From the NCBI RefSeq assembly GCF_009914755.1, contig NC_060928.1: 64,000 nt of DNA; one strand, given 5' to 3'. Position 1 is the stretch's first letter. Every line of letters starts with the position of its first letter. The position numbers were made by a program, and so were the translations under genes. This DNA comes from the human T2T-CHM13v2.0 reference genome, Homo sapiens. Under the pieces are notes generated by a model. That model did not search any database. It was given only the letters and a program-made list of their open reading frames with translations, and had not been told where the DNA came from. Of the stretch, positions 40,534-56,114 are shown one piece after another.

Positions 40534-40944
40534 CAGATAGATTGATTGATAGATAGATAGGAGGGGTTCAATATTATGAGAAATGGTTTGCCTGATTCTA
40601 GAGGCTGAGATATTGTGCTGCCTGAAAACCGGAGAACCAGGGAAGGTGTGGTACAAATCAGTCCAGGGCTGACAGCCCAAGAAGCTCAGTCTGTGACAGT
40701 GGGTGTCCCAGCTCCAGAGAAAGAGTGTGTTCGCCCTTGCTCTGCCGTTTTGTTCTCTTAGAGCCCTCCGTGTACTGGGGGGTGCTTGCCCACATTGGTG
40801 AGGGTGATCTCCTTTACTGAGTCCACTGATTCACATGCTACCCCTTCTGGAAACAGCCTCACACACACACCCAGAAAGAATGTTTTACCAGCTATATGGG
40901 CATCTCTTAACCCAGTCAAGGTGATGCATAAAATTAATGCTCAC
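40432..40944 (-). mobile_element. MLT2 (ERVL) LTR
   Basis: ttctccagagaaacagaaccaa...ctggaaacagcctcacacacacacccagaaagaatgttttaccagcta...cccagtcaagg. Confidence 0.85.
40472..40560. repeat. (GATA)n tetranucleotide STR inside the MLT2
   Basis: Interrupted GATA array. Confidence 0.95.
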
Positions 40945-41450
40945 ACTCACCTAGATCTTACAGCTCACATTTTCCTAGCAGAGAAGAATGGATTGCTATA
41001 GCAATGAGGGTTCTTAGAGACTCAGGATGTTCGCCCTGCAGAAATTACCTCTAAATTAATCCCAGCTGGAAGTCAGAGAGCCTCTATAAAACATAGCCTG
41101 TGTTCAGCCACATTGATTTTTATTATGGGAAATATATGAAAATTCAGCAAAGGTGACGGAGTGCCTTCTGAAGAGAACCCAGTGGAGATTCTTACCACCA
41201 TTAAAAACAAGCTCATCATCAGTTCATCTTATTGGTGTGAGATTTGCTTCACAATCTTCAAATAATGTTACAGAAGATTTCATCTGAAACTACACATTTT
41301 GGGGATTTTTATTTAGGCTTTCATTTAAAACACCGAACACTGAATAAAAGAATCTAAGCCTATTATCTATATATCTATGGCAAAGTTTCTTCACTTTATT
41401 GTCAAAAGTTTACATAAAGTTGAAACCAGAAAAAAACATTTTTTTCTTAA

Positions 41451-41800
<350 letters not shown>

Positions 41801-42769
41801 TGAGGTATATTTAGAGTTGACCTCAACATACCACTGTACTCAGTTGAACAGATATAATTAGATTTATAATTATCTTTTAAAAAGTTGTTCTAATACTAAC
41901 AGTTTAAATAATGTGAGTATCCAATTACTTGGTTTTATTATCCTATATATTTAACACTTACATCCAGGAACATGCAGGTTTTCTTTTATGCTTAGCTTTG
42001 TTTTCTGGGGTAACAATGAAGAAAATAATCTCTAGAGAATAAAAGATAAGAAACCATGAATTACCTGAAAGACTTAAGGTTTATATCATTTGGAGCCTGA
42101 ACTTAAATGATGTGTTTGCAGGAGAAAAACAATTCTAGAAGACCATTCTACTTAAATGGAGCTTGTACTAAAGTGTTGAAAAGCTGCAAAATGTTGCTTA
42201 TTTTTAAGTTTAAGGCAGCTATACCTGGAATAATTACCATGACAACTTAAGGCCAAGTTCAAGAGCCCGAGTGAAAAATAGAATCAGTTCTATAATTGAT
42301 TCTCTTTGAAACTACTAAATTCACAGTTGCAGAATTGTACCACTTTAACTATATTCTTTGTCTGAATTATATGCAGATTGTACAGGTTATGTGTTTTTAC
42401 TGTAGCTTTGGTATTTCATTTCTGGAGAAGAAACAAGGTTGTCAGTCAAATATCTTAAACTATGAAATAGTGCATGGACTCACAGAGCTCCGCTTCACAT
42501 GCATAGTGTGAGATGAACAGAAAGTGGCCACTGGCATGACAAGAACATCTGCTACTTAAAACTATGTGGCCATAAGCAAGATAATTAACCTCTTTAAATT
42601 TTCTTTTTTATCTTTATAAATAAGAATGTCAATGAATTCCTTATACAGATATAATGATAAAATGAGATAATATATTTAAAGGGTATAGAAAGGTGCCTAG
42701 CATATTTAAACCATCTAAAAATAGTTTTGCTTTTATGTATTGAAAAGTTCGGTTGCACCAAAGTCACTG

Positions 42770-43380
42770 CAAAAGTGACTAGTCAAAGGCAAGTAACACA
42801 AAACTTAAGAACAATTGGATTACATGAGTAAGAGATTTGTAGTTCTCCCCCTACAAATATGGAGTTGGCTCAGGACAGAGCTCCTCAAGAATGTTTTCAA
42901 GGACCTAGGCTCCTCATCTCTCCAGTCCTAACCCTTGGTCGTGACTTTCATCCTCATGATTCCAAGACAGCTGCTGCACATCCAATGCCATGTCTGCATT
43001 CCAACCACAAAGAAGGAAAAAGGATAAAAAGCCAAATATCTTCTTCACATAGGAGGTTTTTTCTTTTTAATTTGGAAAAATAACCACTTTCTAGCTAACT
43101 TTTAATTATATTCTATTAGTGAGAAGAAATATACCAAATTGCCATTTAACACAAAGAGGGGTAGGAGGTTTTAGGTCTTAACTGGAAACATAGCTATTCC
43201 TTTCTCTGTATCTGTTATCTGTCTCTGTCTCTACCTCTCTCTTTCTGTGTGTGTGCATGTGTGTGTGTTGTGTAAAGAGAGACACACACAGAGAGAGAGA
43301 GAGAAAGAAAGAAAGAGAGAGAGAACAAAAGAAGAAAGGAGAAGGTATATTGGATAGCTAACCAGCAATGTTAGCCACGG
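42770..43380 (-). mobile_element. Old MaLR LTR (MLT1J/K-like) with (CT)/(GT)/(GA) microsatellites at ~43200-43325
   Basis: gcaagtaacacaaaac...ccaagacagctgctgcacatcca...atattggatagctaaccagcaatg. Confidence 0.55.
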
Positions 43381-44126
43381 TTATATTTAGACAATTCGTT
43401 TTGCAGCTTATAAGAGGGCATGCTTGAATATAAACTCATATGACAAGCATAGTTAAAATACTTTCATTCAATTTTGCATTCCATGAAGCTTCACTATATA
43501 CTCTAGTCCAGTTTAGCAAGGAGTGTTAGACTGGGGCTAGAATCTGGACAGCCTGTGTCTGTCTCTAGTTTACTGCTTAGCTTTGTGCAAATTACCTAAT
43601 TATTCTGCATATAATTTTCCTCTCCCATTAAATGTGGAGGTCAGATGAGAGGCTACCAATTTCAGATCTTAAATTTGGTGGTTTCATGATTGTTATATTT
43701 CTCCCTATTCTTTTAAAAAACAGTTTCATATTTTCAAAAACTTAATAATTTTCTGGAACTATTGAACTTTGGTTAAGACAGTCTTGCAGAGGTTATGTAT
43801 TGTTCTCAGCACTGTGCCAGGCTGCATGTGAGACACAAAACCAGTTAAAGACATGCCCGCCGCTCTCCGTGTATGACACTAAGCACCTTCAGTGTGGCCA
43901 TGACTCACTGTTGGTGCCAAGGTTCCAAGAAGAGATAAGTCAGAATGACATGAGGAATTTAAAGATGGCTTCACAGATGAATGGAACTGGAACTCAATGC
44001 CATCTCACTAACATTTGAAAATTAAATACAAGGTAGAATGAAAAGATATGGTTAGGTGGATAAAATATGAAGGAACATCTCAAACAAAGGGAGATGCACC
44101 AACAGAAACACAGATGAGAACGCAGG

Positions 44127-44545
44127 TGCTATGATGTGGATGTTTGTCTCTCCAACCCCTGCATTGAAATCTCACCCCAGTGTTGGAGGTGGGGCCTGAT
44201 GAGAGGAGTCCGGGTCATGAGGGCAGATCCCGCATGAATAGATTAATGGCCCCCATTGGGGGTGAGTTCTCACCTCAGAGTTCCCACAAGAACTGGTTGT
44301 TCAAAAGAGGCTGGCACCTGTGTCCACCCACCTGCCATGTCCTCTCGCCATGTGATCTCTACGTGCCAGCTCCCCCTCACCTTCTCCTGGCACCATGGTG
44401 GACGTTCCCTGAGGCCTCACCAGAAGCCAGGCATTGTCAGCACTGTGCTTCTTGTCCAGCCTGCAGAACCATAGGCCAAATAAACCCTTCTTTATAAATT
44501 ACCCACCTCAGGGATTCCCTTAGAATACCAAATTAGACTCAGACA
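44127..44545 (+). mobile_element. MaLR solo LTR (MSTB-like)
   Basis: tgctatgatgtggatgttt...cccagtgttggaggtggggcct...gaggcctcaccagaagc...tttataaattaccca...agaca. Confidence 0.9.
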
Positions 44546-45631
44546 GTAAGCTTGACAAGTTGGGGCCGAGGAAGGAGCCTCTCCCAGTTAGGTGAGAAAG
44601 CATATGCTAGTGACTGATAAAAATAAGGTTGCCCGAAGACTTCGTAAACCTGTTTCCTGCAATTCTTACTCTAACACAAATACACAGCTAGGACCAGGAG
44701 GCTGCTTCACCATAAGTGTCTCTACCACTTGCACACACAGTGCACACAAGTTGAATCAGAGCAACTTGCTGTACTGGACCCAGGTTCCTGTGAGCAGAAA
44801 GTACAATACACTCGTCAGTATCCATGCCATGTATCCGACTCAGTGTCACTCAGTGTTGCTAATACTGTATCCGGACTTAGCCAACTCCTGGATCCAGAGC
44901 TGGCCAAAATAAGCAAAACAAACAAACAAAAACCTACCTGAATGCCTTTGTTGCACCTTCAGTTGTGAACTAATCAGTCATAAATCCCAACCCAACTCTT
45001 TCTATCTCTTGCCTATAACTGTTCCTGTCACTTATGCATTGGTATCACAAATGGGAGAGACCTGGTGTTAATTCATTGAGTAATGAGAAGCCACTATGGA
45101 TACTTGAAGCAGAAAGGAACTGTTTTACGAAGTTCTGTTCCTCGGCAGCATTTGAAATAAAAAATAATGTAGTCATCTCACTAGGCAGATGAGATAAAGG
45201 ATTGCTGTGTCTATTATCTTGGAGAAAGACCATAAAGACCTAGATTGAGGTGGTAGACTTTCAAGTGAGGGTGAAAATAAATGGGATTTGAGCTACAGAT
45301 TGGAAACACAGAATGGATTGGAACAGAGAGTGTGCAACTGTCTTTATTTCAGATTTCTATTTGCCCAGTGTTTGTCCATTTTTCACCTGGGGAACAGGAC
45401 CCAGAGGTGCCAGAAGTGACATTCAAGCTGAGGGAGGGCACCAAGTCTATATGACTGGGAGGAAGTCAAAGGTAACTCTTTGTCGTGGCAGCTCATCTGA
45501 CATAAATGCAAGTATCAAGTGGGGCTTTTGGCTAGTGCTGAGATTTAGCTTTTTCAACTGCCTAAAATTTAGATCATGGCAAAAACATTTTAGTAGGGAT
45601 ATATTTTAGGTAGTTATGCTTAAAAATAAGA

Positions 45632-45910
45632 AAATGGGGACATGGGAGAGGTTGGTCAAAGGATACATCATTACGGTTAGGAAGAATGAACTCAAAAGAC
45701 CTAGTGTATAGCAAGGTTATGATAATTAATGACAATTTATTGTATTCTTGAAAAATGCAAAGAGAGTAGGGTTAAATGCTCTCGCCACAAAATAACTATG
45801 TGAGATAACGCAGTTGTTAATTAGCTAGATTTAACCGTTCAAAATATATGGTAAACAATAAATAGCTACAATGTTATCTGTCAAATTAAAAAAATTTAAA
45901 AGTAAAATAA
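45632..45910 (+). mobile_element. L1MA 3' UTR fragment
   Basis: gggagaggttggtcaaaggatac...tgtattcttgaaaaatgc...ataactatgtgagataa...tgtcaaattaaaaaaa. Confidence 0.85.
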
Positions 45911-46015
45911 ATAAGGAAACAGGCAAACAAAACTTTTAAAAGTCTGCATTTTAATATTCTAGCAGTGTTTTAATCTATTTTATCTTATCTATAGATTTTG
46001 TTTCTCTCTATATAA

Positions 46016-46064
46016 AGACTATAAAGATATCCGAAAAATAATCTCTCTGATATCTTTATAGTCT
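46016..46064. repeat. Perfect 16-bp inverted repeat with 17-nt spacer
   Basis: agactataaagatatc (46016-46031) / gatatctttatagtct (46049-46064). Confidence 0.9.
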
Positions 46065-46098
46065 CCTCAATTTACAAACTATTCGATTTTAAAAATAA

Positions 46099-46448
<350 letters not shown>

Positions 46449-47589
46449 AAATCTTACTTTTTGTAACTAATTTAATAGAGGAGGAGGAAAGAAAAGTATA
46501 TGAAAGTACCTTCAAATAATGGAGTGATAATTTTAGTTCAAGTTCAATAGTTAACATACACTTAAGATATTTTTAAAGAAACATCACATTGTAATCACCA
46601 GAGCCTTTTAAGCACTGGCTAATTGAGAAATATACTTTTTGTATATTCTAAGTCTCCAAAAATACATTTTTTGTGTGACTTTGACATGATGCTGTGGTTT
46701 CTCTTTGTCTAGAATCACTTTACCTGTGAATCCTGTAGGCTCACATGCCACTAGCCAAATCAAACTTAACAGCTCCTGGGAAATCTTTAAAGATTATTTC
46801 ATCAATTTGCTTGCTACATATGTGGCCTTAGTTAATGTTGTAAGTGCTTTTTTTCCCATTTCAGATGATTTTTTTCCTTCATTGTATTTGAAAAAATTAA
46901 CTTTCCTATTTAAAAGGCAAAGTCAACATACAGTTCATTCTGAGAGTATTTCTTAACATGTTTGGGTCAAATCTTCTTTGTAGATACTGGTAGAACTCAC
47001 AGAGACTCCGGTAAGATGACACATTTCCCAGTACAATTTCAGGGGGGTTCATAACCCCAAAGCCACTCTATGAAATGGAACAGGAGACACTTCCAGACTG
47101 TATGATTAATTAGTAATTTGTCAGATGTAAAGATTTTTATTGAAGGAGGGCTTGCAATTGGAATAAACATAAATTATTTCCCAGAACTGGGAGCACGTGT
47201 CCTGAGGAGGATGACTTGTTTGCTCTGTGGAGGTGAAAGCGATAGCCTGAGCCACAGCCTCGCTGAGCCATTGTTGCTGACGGGTAAATGCTGGAACCCT
47301 TATATACCAGAGGGAACCACTACCCTGCAGTCTCAGTTGTGCTTCTCTGTCTTCCTGGATGACCACAACCCCAGGCAATTTAGGCCCACATTATCCATTC
47401 CTCTTTCTACCTTCTCCCATCCTTCATGTAACAAATATTTATTGTGTCTACCACAGATCAAACATTTGAGAAAAATCAAAACAGAAAACTCCTCGATCTA
47501 CAGAACTTACATTCCAGTGGGGGATGATAGAAAACAGAAAATAATCATATTAGAAAGTGATTAACACTGTGAAAAAAAGTGAGAGTTAG

Positions 47590-48015
47590 CAAAAACACTC
47601 CCTCCATCCACAGTGTGGTGGGCTCTCTATCCACTTTGACCCACATTTGGTGGTGGAAGTGGCTCTGTGCTGGTTTTTGGTCCCAGGACTGCAGGCCTGG
47701 CTGTTCCCTGTCCCTGAGCCATGCTGTTGGAAGTCTGGGTGTTTGAATGGAGAGTCCATGGGAAGGTCCTGAGACAGAAGCAGGGGAAGAGGGACCCAGG
47801 CCTGCAAGGCCCCAGCCATCCCTGCCAAGGTGCTGGGCCCTCCAGATACCCCAGCCACGAGCTGGAGACCCCTACAGTCATTACATGGAGCAGAAGATCA
47901 CCCAGGCATGCCCTGCCCTAGAGTCTGACCGACAGATCACAAACAAAATAAAGTGGTTATTGGTTGAAGCCATTAAATGTGGTGTGGTTTGCTAGTCAGC
48001 AGCAGATAACTGGAA
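47590..48015 (+). mobile_element. Old MaLR LTR (MLT1H/I/J-like)
   Basis: aataaagtggttattggttgaagccattaaatgtggtgtggtttgctagtcagcagcagataactgga 3' end. Confidence 0.65.
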
Positions 48016-48289
48016 GCTTGGTGGTTGTCTCCACAAAAACAAAACAAAAACCCAAACTACATTATTTCAGGCACGACCGCAGTGGCCCTGTCAGTTCTTC
48101 ACTGCACCCTGGCTGTCGGCTGTCTCCGTCTCTCATTTCCTACGGCCCTGTTCTTCCGGACCTTTCCCACTCAATTCAAACCCAAACCACATCCTTCGCT
48201 TTTCTTACAATCATCACAAGACCTTGTCTTGCATTAAAAACAAGTATCAAAAATATCCTAAATGAATGGTGAATACAAGTTTGAGAGCC

Positions 48290-48900
48290 TCAAATCTTTC
48301 ACTATAATCTCCTCCTCTTTTTTCTCTTTCTTCTCTTAGAAGAAAAGCTGACACTAATTTTCAAGGCTAATCCTCCCACTTCACTTGTAATATCAATCCC
48401 TTTGTTCTCTTCTACTTACCCCTGGTAATTATTTTCAACCCGTTCCTCCATCCTCCTACCTTACCTATGCCAACAAGAGACCTGTTCTCAGTTCTCATCC
48501 AACTTCACAGTGGCAACATTCTTTTTGAAATACTTTCTTCCCTGGCTTTCTAAAACACTGACTTTTAAACCATCCTTCACAATGCTGCAATAATGGTCTT
48601 CCTAAAACAAGCATTATACTATGAAGTTTTCTCCCTCAGAAACTGTCAATGGCTCCCTGTAGCTTTCTAAGTAAAGACCACGGTCCTTTCACCGTAGTCT
48701 TAGCTCTCCATAAATAATCTCACACAGCTCTTTCTATTTTGCAGGCCTTTATTCAGTTGCATGTTTCAGACAACTCTGCTTTCCTTCAAGTTACATCTTC
48801 ATTCTGAAAACCTTTTCCTCTCCTCCTGAATCCAACCCATTCTTCAAGGCTCTGCTGAGGTCCACTTCTCCAACTCAGGCTTCAACCAACACATTATACA
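48290..48900 (+). mobile_element. L2 relic
   Basis: tttttgaaatactttcttccctggctttc; tcaatggctccctgtagctttc. Confidence 0.5.
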
Positions 48901-49280
48901 CTCACCCTTCTTCCAACGGCATTGAACACCTGCCCCTGCATTCCTGTTTAGCATTCCTTTTCTGTGCTTTGTTAAATATTCTCTATCATCTTCTCTTTTT
49001 TTTTTTTTTTCATTTAGTAATCTGCTTAACATTTTTAAGGCATATGGGATAAGAGACACTGGGACCCATGCTAAGAAAACAGAGGCAATAGACTCTGTCC
49101 ATCCTCAAGAGGCACACACTCTAACATAAAGACAGTCACTTGCAATAGGTTTCTTTTAAACCCTCATAGAAGTAACAGTTCAGTGGGAGTTTTGAAGAAT
49201 AAGTGCTCAAGACTATGTAGGAAACTCAGAGACGGCTTCTAGAAGGAGGCTATAGTTGAGTCTTTAAAAAACACATAGAA

Positions 49281-49590
<310 letters not shown>

Positions 49591-52067
49591 TCAAGATAAA
49601 TGAGGAGGGCATTCTAGATGAAAGGGGTAACAGAGATGAAAAACACTGTGAAATGCTGCAGAAAGTTTGGGCAGCCTGCTGGTGTGGGAGTGCTGGATGC
49701 CAGGCAGGAGAAAGGGGAGGTGAAGTGGGGAGGCAGCAGGACCAGATGGACTATAGATGATCTCACTTGCCAGGACAAAGAGCTTGACTTGTCACAGGGG
49801 AAATTGAGGGTGCAGGGAGGACTTTCAGAGGTATAGATGGGCTATGACATGATTGGATAAGAGATCATTCTGGCAACTCTGGTTTCTACGTCTGCCTTCC
49901 CCCCATCTCCCTGCCACCACCACACACACAAATTAGGGCTTTTAAGTGAGAAGGAACTGTTAATTTTACATTTGTTCCTCTCCTAGAAGTTCATGCAACC
50001 TCCCACATACAATAGGTACTTAATAATGTTTTTATTTTGTGAATAAAGAGGTTGAAAGTTACTATGTTTAAGTGGTCTCTTCACTAAATGTGTTATTATC
50101 ATTATTAATCTTGCAGCAAAGGGAGGAGAATAGTATTTGGAGAAAGGTGCCTATGACTACATGTTCTCCCACTGACCTTGCATGGGAGAAACTGGGTGCT
50201 CTGGCACAATTCTGCTCATTGATCCAGGCTGTGGGGTCCTGAGGCAAGACTGTGGCCCATTACACAGCCTTTGAGATGGCAATGCCCTTTAGGAGGCAGG
50301 ATTTCTGCACACCTTTTCCTATGCCTTCTGCTTTTACACAAGGAGAAACTGATGAGTTTGCAGTGGTAACCACCCTGTTCCTAAGTGTGATGCCTCCAAA
50401 CTGGTCTGAGACGTGAGGGTGAAGTCCTGTAAAGTCCTTTGTTGCTGTTTTTTATTCTCTTATCTATATGTAAGTTCAACATCTCTTGTTATAAACGCTT
50501 CAAGTGCATTAACCCTGACTAGGACTCTTGTTGGAGAGTAACCTATATCTCTTCTTTGTCATAACTAAGATCAGAACCTGAGATGCCTTTTGGGAGGAAT
50601 CCTAAGACTTCCTAAATCAGACACTTTTAAGTCTGCTGAAAGAGATGAAAGAGGCACAGGAACTGCCCTGAGAGCCGACTCATCCTTCACAGAACCGTTG
50701 ATAGGAAAGAGACCTCCAAGGTCAAAGCTGCAGAAAGTGTGTTAGGAATTGCACCTTCGAGTGGTCTTTGCTGAGTGTTGAATTTTTCCTACTTTCTTCT
50801 CACCCATTTTATCTCTGTGTGTAAGTGCTGCTGAAAGGCAAAACATGATGCTTGAACAGGGAAGGGGAGTTTCCCAAATAGGAGGCATATGGCCTAAATT
50901 CAGGTGCAGACCGTGTACATTTCAGCCAAGTGTATGACAGTGGGATCAATAACCATGGCATGCACTAGAGGTGCAAGACCCAGAGGATCTCAAATTGTTC
51001 CCCAAAGCTCAGCTCTCCAAAGTCGTGGCTTACAATAGGCGACTTTGTGTGGGTGAAACTGTAAGAGCATCTCTGCACAAGGCCTTTGTGGCTGCACTTT
51101 TCTGCTTTCTGTTCCTTCCCAGTATGTATCTGCTTTATGGGCAATCCCCTTACTTCCTCCTGTTAACTCCTGGGCAAAAATTACTTCTGCGAGAGTTTTA
51201 GAATTCAGATAGGGTCTGAAGAGCAAGCTCTGTCGTTTATCTTACCTAACAAAATTGTCAGCAAGAGAGAAGTGCAACCTTTTCTTGATACAGCTCTCTC
51301 ATTTGGATTGTAAAATCTTATGTTGAGGGAGTGATGAATGGGGGAGAAAGAAACATAACTTCTTTCAGATGTAAAGAATGCTGACTGCTTCAAAAACATT
51401 GCTTTACCTGATTTTCTTGGCAAATGCGATTTGAAAGCAAAGCAAGGAGTAGAAAATATGCAGGTGTCACTTTGGTAGTCACTTTTGTAGGCAGAGCCAT
51501 CGTGATTATGTGGTGATACCAAGTACAGGACTCTGATCAGCTGCAGGTAGCACGAAAGCCTCACCTGGATATAAAATTCCCCAGCAAGGGTGGTGAGTGT
51601 CCCGGGGACATTTCATAAAAGGAAGATACATGTGTTTCTTTGCTTATTGCTTGTTAGTAAGTGTTGCAAGGTGAGAGGAGTTAGACTCTGGCCCTTTTGA
51701 GCTGTGGGCCACTGGTAAATGGCTGATGCCCTCTGAGCTCCCTTTTGTCTAAATAAGATATACAATAAAATCTATGCTCAATGGGAAAAGGTATGTTAAG
51801 CCACCACTCCATTACTCGGTATCTGGTAATGGGAAGCTATGATTACTATTTCATAAGCTCTTTTCTTCACATGCTAAATAACACCAGCACACACTGAAAG
51901 TACATAGACCGCTCTTTTATTTAGAGAAGCTCAAAATTCTTTGTATAATTAATCGTATCTTTCTAGGAACGATCAAATAAACATGACATTCTCGGTTGTT
52001 TCCATAGTCATTTTTTTAAATCTTCTACCAGCTAAGTACGTCAATAATTTACCGTCATTTTACTTCA

Positions 52068-52370
52068 GATTCATTCATTTATTCAACAAATATTTATTGA
52101 GCACGTGCCAATGGAGCACGTGCTAGTGCCAGGCCCTGTTCACAGTCAGGAAACCCAAGCCCATGCTTTTGCGGAGCTTATGTTCTGCTGCATGTGGACA
52201 TGGGGATGGAGGGAGTCTAACAGTCTACGAGTAGGAAATACGTAGTAAGTCTCACAGCGGTAAGAGCCATGGGAAACAGGGCAGGGCAAGGATAGAGCAA
52301 GCACAGAGGCAGGGCTGGGACTGTTTATACAGGGTGGTCAGGAAAGGCCTCTCCAGCAAGGTGCTAAATG
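52068..52370 (-). mobile_element. L2 3' fragment
   Basis: attcattcatttattcaacaaatatttattgagcac...gtgccaggccctgtt...gggtggtcaggaaaggcctc. Confidence 0.8.
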
Positions 52371-52814
52371 CAATTCAAGCAGAGACGACGTAAAGGAAGC
52401 TTAATTATTTTAAGAACATTATACGCTACCTTGCAGGGCTGGAGATAAGGGAACGTTTCAACTTGCAATCTGGCGTCTGGTGTCAAAAGCTGGCCTGAAA
52501 ACATCAGCCATTTCTGTGCTTTTCTCTGTTTCTCAGGCCCCGGCTTCACTGTGTGCCAACAGCCAACAGCACACAGCCCTTCGGGGCTGAAACTCTGCAC
52601 TGTCTGTGAGTCATGGTGGATAGAATTCCAAGGGTCTATATTTGTCTTGGGTAAAATAAACTGTCTTTTCTAAATATATGCCTTACCACTTCCCATTAGC
52701 CAAATTCCCCAACACATATTTCTGCTGGGAAAGCTGAACGCAAACTATTTTGCTCATGTACAGTGCAGCCAGCTTCCCTGTGGCTCTCAGAGGAGACACA
52801 AAGCTAAGAATGGA

Positions 52815-53730
52815 AAACGAACATATCTGATGACAGAACAAAGGTTTAAAAGACCTTGCTATGCTGGAATTATAACAAAATCAACATCATGAAATTAGGA
52901 AAGATATGGAGAGGGTGCAGCATTTAGATTTTCGAATGGCACAGGTCTGGAATGAATCCTTAATGAATATCAAGTTGTCTGAAATAAGCAGAGATCTTCC
53001 ATTGTGTAAAAACCTAATATGTCAGTTACTTGGTGATCATATCTTGCTCTACCTCAATTACAGTGCTGAGACAATATCACAATTTATTGAGAGAGTATTT
53101 TTATTTTGTTAGGTTGTAGGCTTCTTGAAGTAAAGACTGTCTTACCTTTGTATCCAAGAACAATTCCTAGCTAAGAATATTTCGATCCATTTATTCATTG
53201 AATATAGTAAAAACATTTTATTTTGATAAAGAAGTATATTATACACATAAGATGAGACATGTCTGCAATGCTTAGGTACACTTGCAGTATTGTGTCCACA
53301 TTTGGTTACATATTGAAGTGTGTGCTTTGGAATATGGCCAGAGAGAGCTGAAGGCTTTAAACGAATATCACATAAGAAATTATTGCATGAAATGAAGTGT
53401 TTCTAATCTAATGGAAAAGAAGCTTTTGGCAGAAATGATAGCTGTCTTCAAATACATGAAAAGTTTTCACACGGAAAAACAAGTTGATGTGTTCTGCGTA
53501 GCTCTGGAAAAACGACCAGGGCCAACGGATTGAAGGCAGATTTCATCTCAGCCTGAATAATCCAAAATTAAATGAGCTGCCTCCAGAATAAGGAGATGCT
53601 TCCCTCTCCAGTGATGAGACTCCCATTTCTGGAAGTGTTCAGGTAGAATCTGGACTGGCATCTCTCCGGAAGTCCTGCCTTAGGTGGGATGCTAGAATTA
53701 AGGGGCCCTAATGCTCTCCCTAACTGTGAT
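52815..53730 (+). mobile_element. L3/CR1 LINE 3' relic (fragmented)
   Basis: gatgacagaac..gaccttg..gctggaa..atgaaatt; atgatagctgtcttcaaatacatgaa; ctggaagtgttcagg are CR1/L3 hallmark phrases. Confidence 0.7.
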
Positions 53731-54149
53731 GAGCTAATTATAACATTACTCAGGTAAGCAATTCCTTCAGAAACAATTACATCTTACAGAGAAGAGTTAT
53801 CACTTTTCAGGCCATTATTTTTAGATTTTTTTCCTTGCAAACTTCGTTTATTTTTGACCTAACCATACCATTCCACTGAGCAATATTCATGCTTGGGGTT
53901 TTGATGCTGATTTTAGACAATGTGGTTGTAAACTGCATGCATTTCTAGGTGGTACTAGAGGCTAGTATGTCACCCTGCTCAAAATTTCCCAAGACACTTG
54001 GTGTCACATTGCTATCCTCAGCATGCCAAGAGACGGGTTCTGTGAATTCATGCACTGTCTAAAGCTTCTTTGTCACAGATTATAACCTCTAATAAGAGAA
54101 TAGTGTCTTTTTGGCACTTGTGAGTACCTTGTTGCTCAAGAGTAGATTA

Positions 54150-54720
54150 CCCATTCATTTGTTCAACAAATGATTCACTTAATAACATTTATTGAGCTCA
54201 AGTGCATGTGTTCTAAGGATACAACGCCAAGATGTCCCTGCCTCCAGCAATTTCCAGCTTAGTAGGGAAAACAGACCTAAGTCCAGACCTTTAGGACACA
54301 CTGTAACATCCGCTGTAACAGTGTTTACACAAGACCGAACACTAGCAAAAAGAACAGAGCTGCAGATTCTGGGTAGATTCAAAACAATGCCATGGAGGAA
54401 ACCTTGAAATGAGTCTCAAAAGATAAGTCAGGTATTTTTTCGTGTACACAAGGTCATTTCAGCAAAGAGAGAAAGTGATATTGTCATGGAGAAGTATTAG
54501 CATAGAATTTGCATTGGCTGTTCAGGCAACACTAAGTAGCCTCATGGGTCAGTTGTGAAGCTTGGGTGGTAATCTGCGGAAATATTGTCGAGAAGGAAGC
54601 AGGGAATGAATCATACAGTGGATAGACTGAAAGTAACAATACGAGGCAGGAAAACTACTCTGCAGATTATTTCAACTGTCCACATGAGGTAATGACCTAA
54701 TGCATCGGAAGTGGGTTTTA
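54150..54720 (-). mobile_element. L2 relic
   Basis: cattcatttgttcaacaaa..catttattgagc..gatgtccctgcctcc. Confidence 0.6.
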
Positions 54721-54765
54721 AAAGGAGCAGAGAGAGTAAAGGATATATGTTTAAAAGGTAAAATT

Positions 54766-55061
<296 letters not shown>

Positions 55062-55381
55062 AAAGGTAAAATTCACAGGACGCATTGAGAAACTACCAGG
55101 TGCTATACTAGCATTGAACAAGTAAAGGTGAATATGCACAACACTTCCTCAAGCAATGAAGATGTTCTTGGTGGAGACAACAAGGCTTCGGCACCAGAGA
55201 GTGCTCCGTTCAAATCTCTGCTTTTCCATTTGGAAAATCTTTGTTTCAGTTTCCTTAATCTGCTGCATTGAGACTCTTTCCTCACTTTCTCTGTCTGGAA
55301 AAACACATGCCCCTGTCATGGTTACGTCTTCAGTGGACCCTTTCCTCCAAAAGCCTCTTCCCTCAAAAGAAAAGTCCTGCC

Positions 55382-56114
<733 letters not shown>

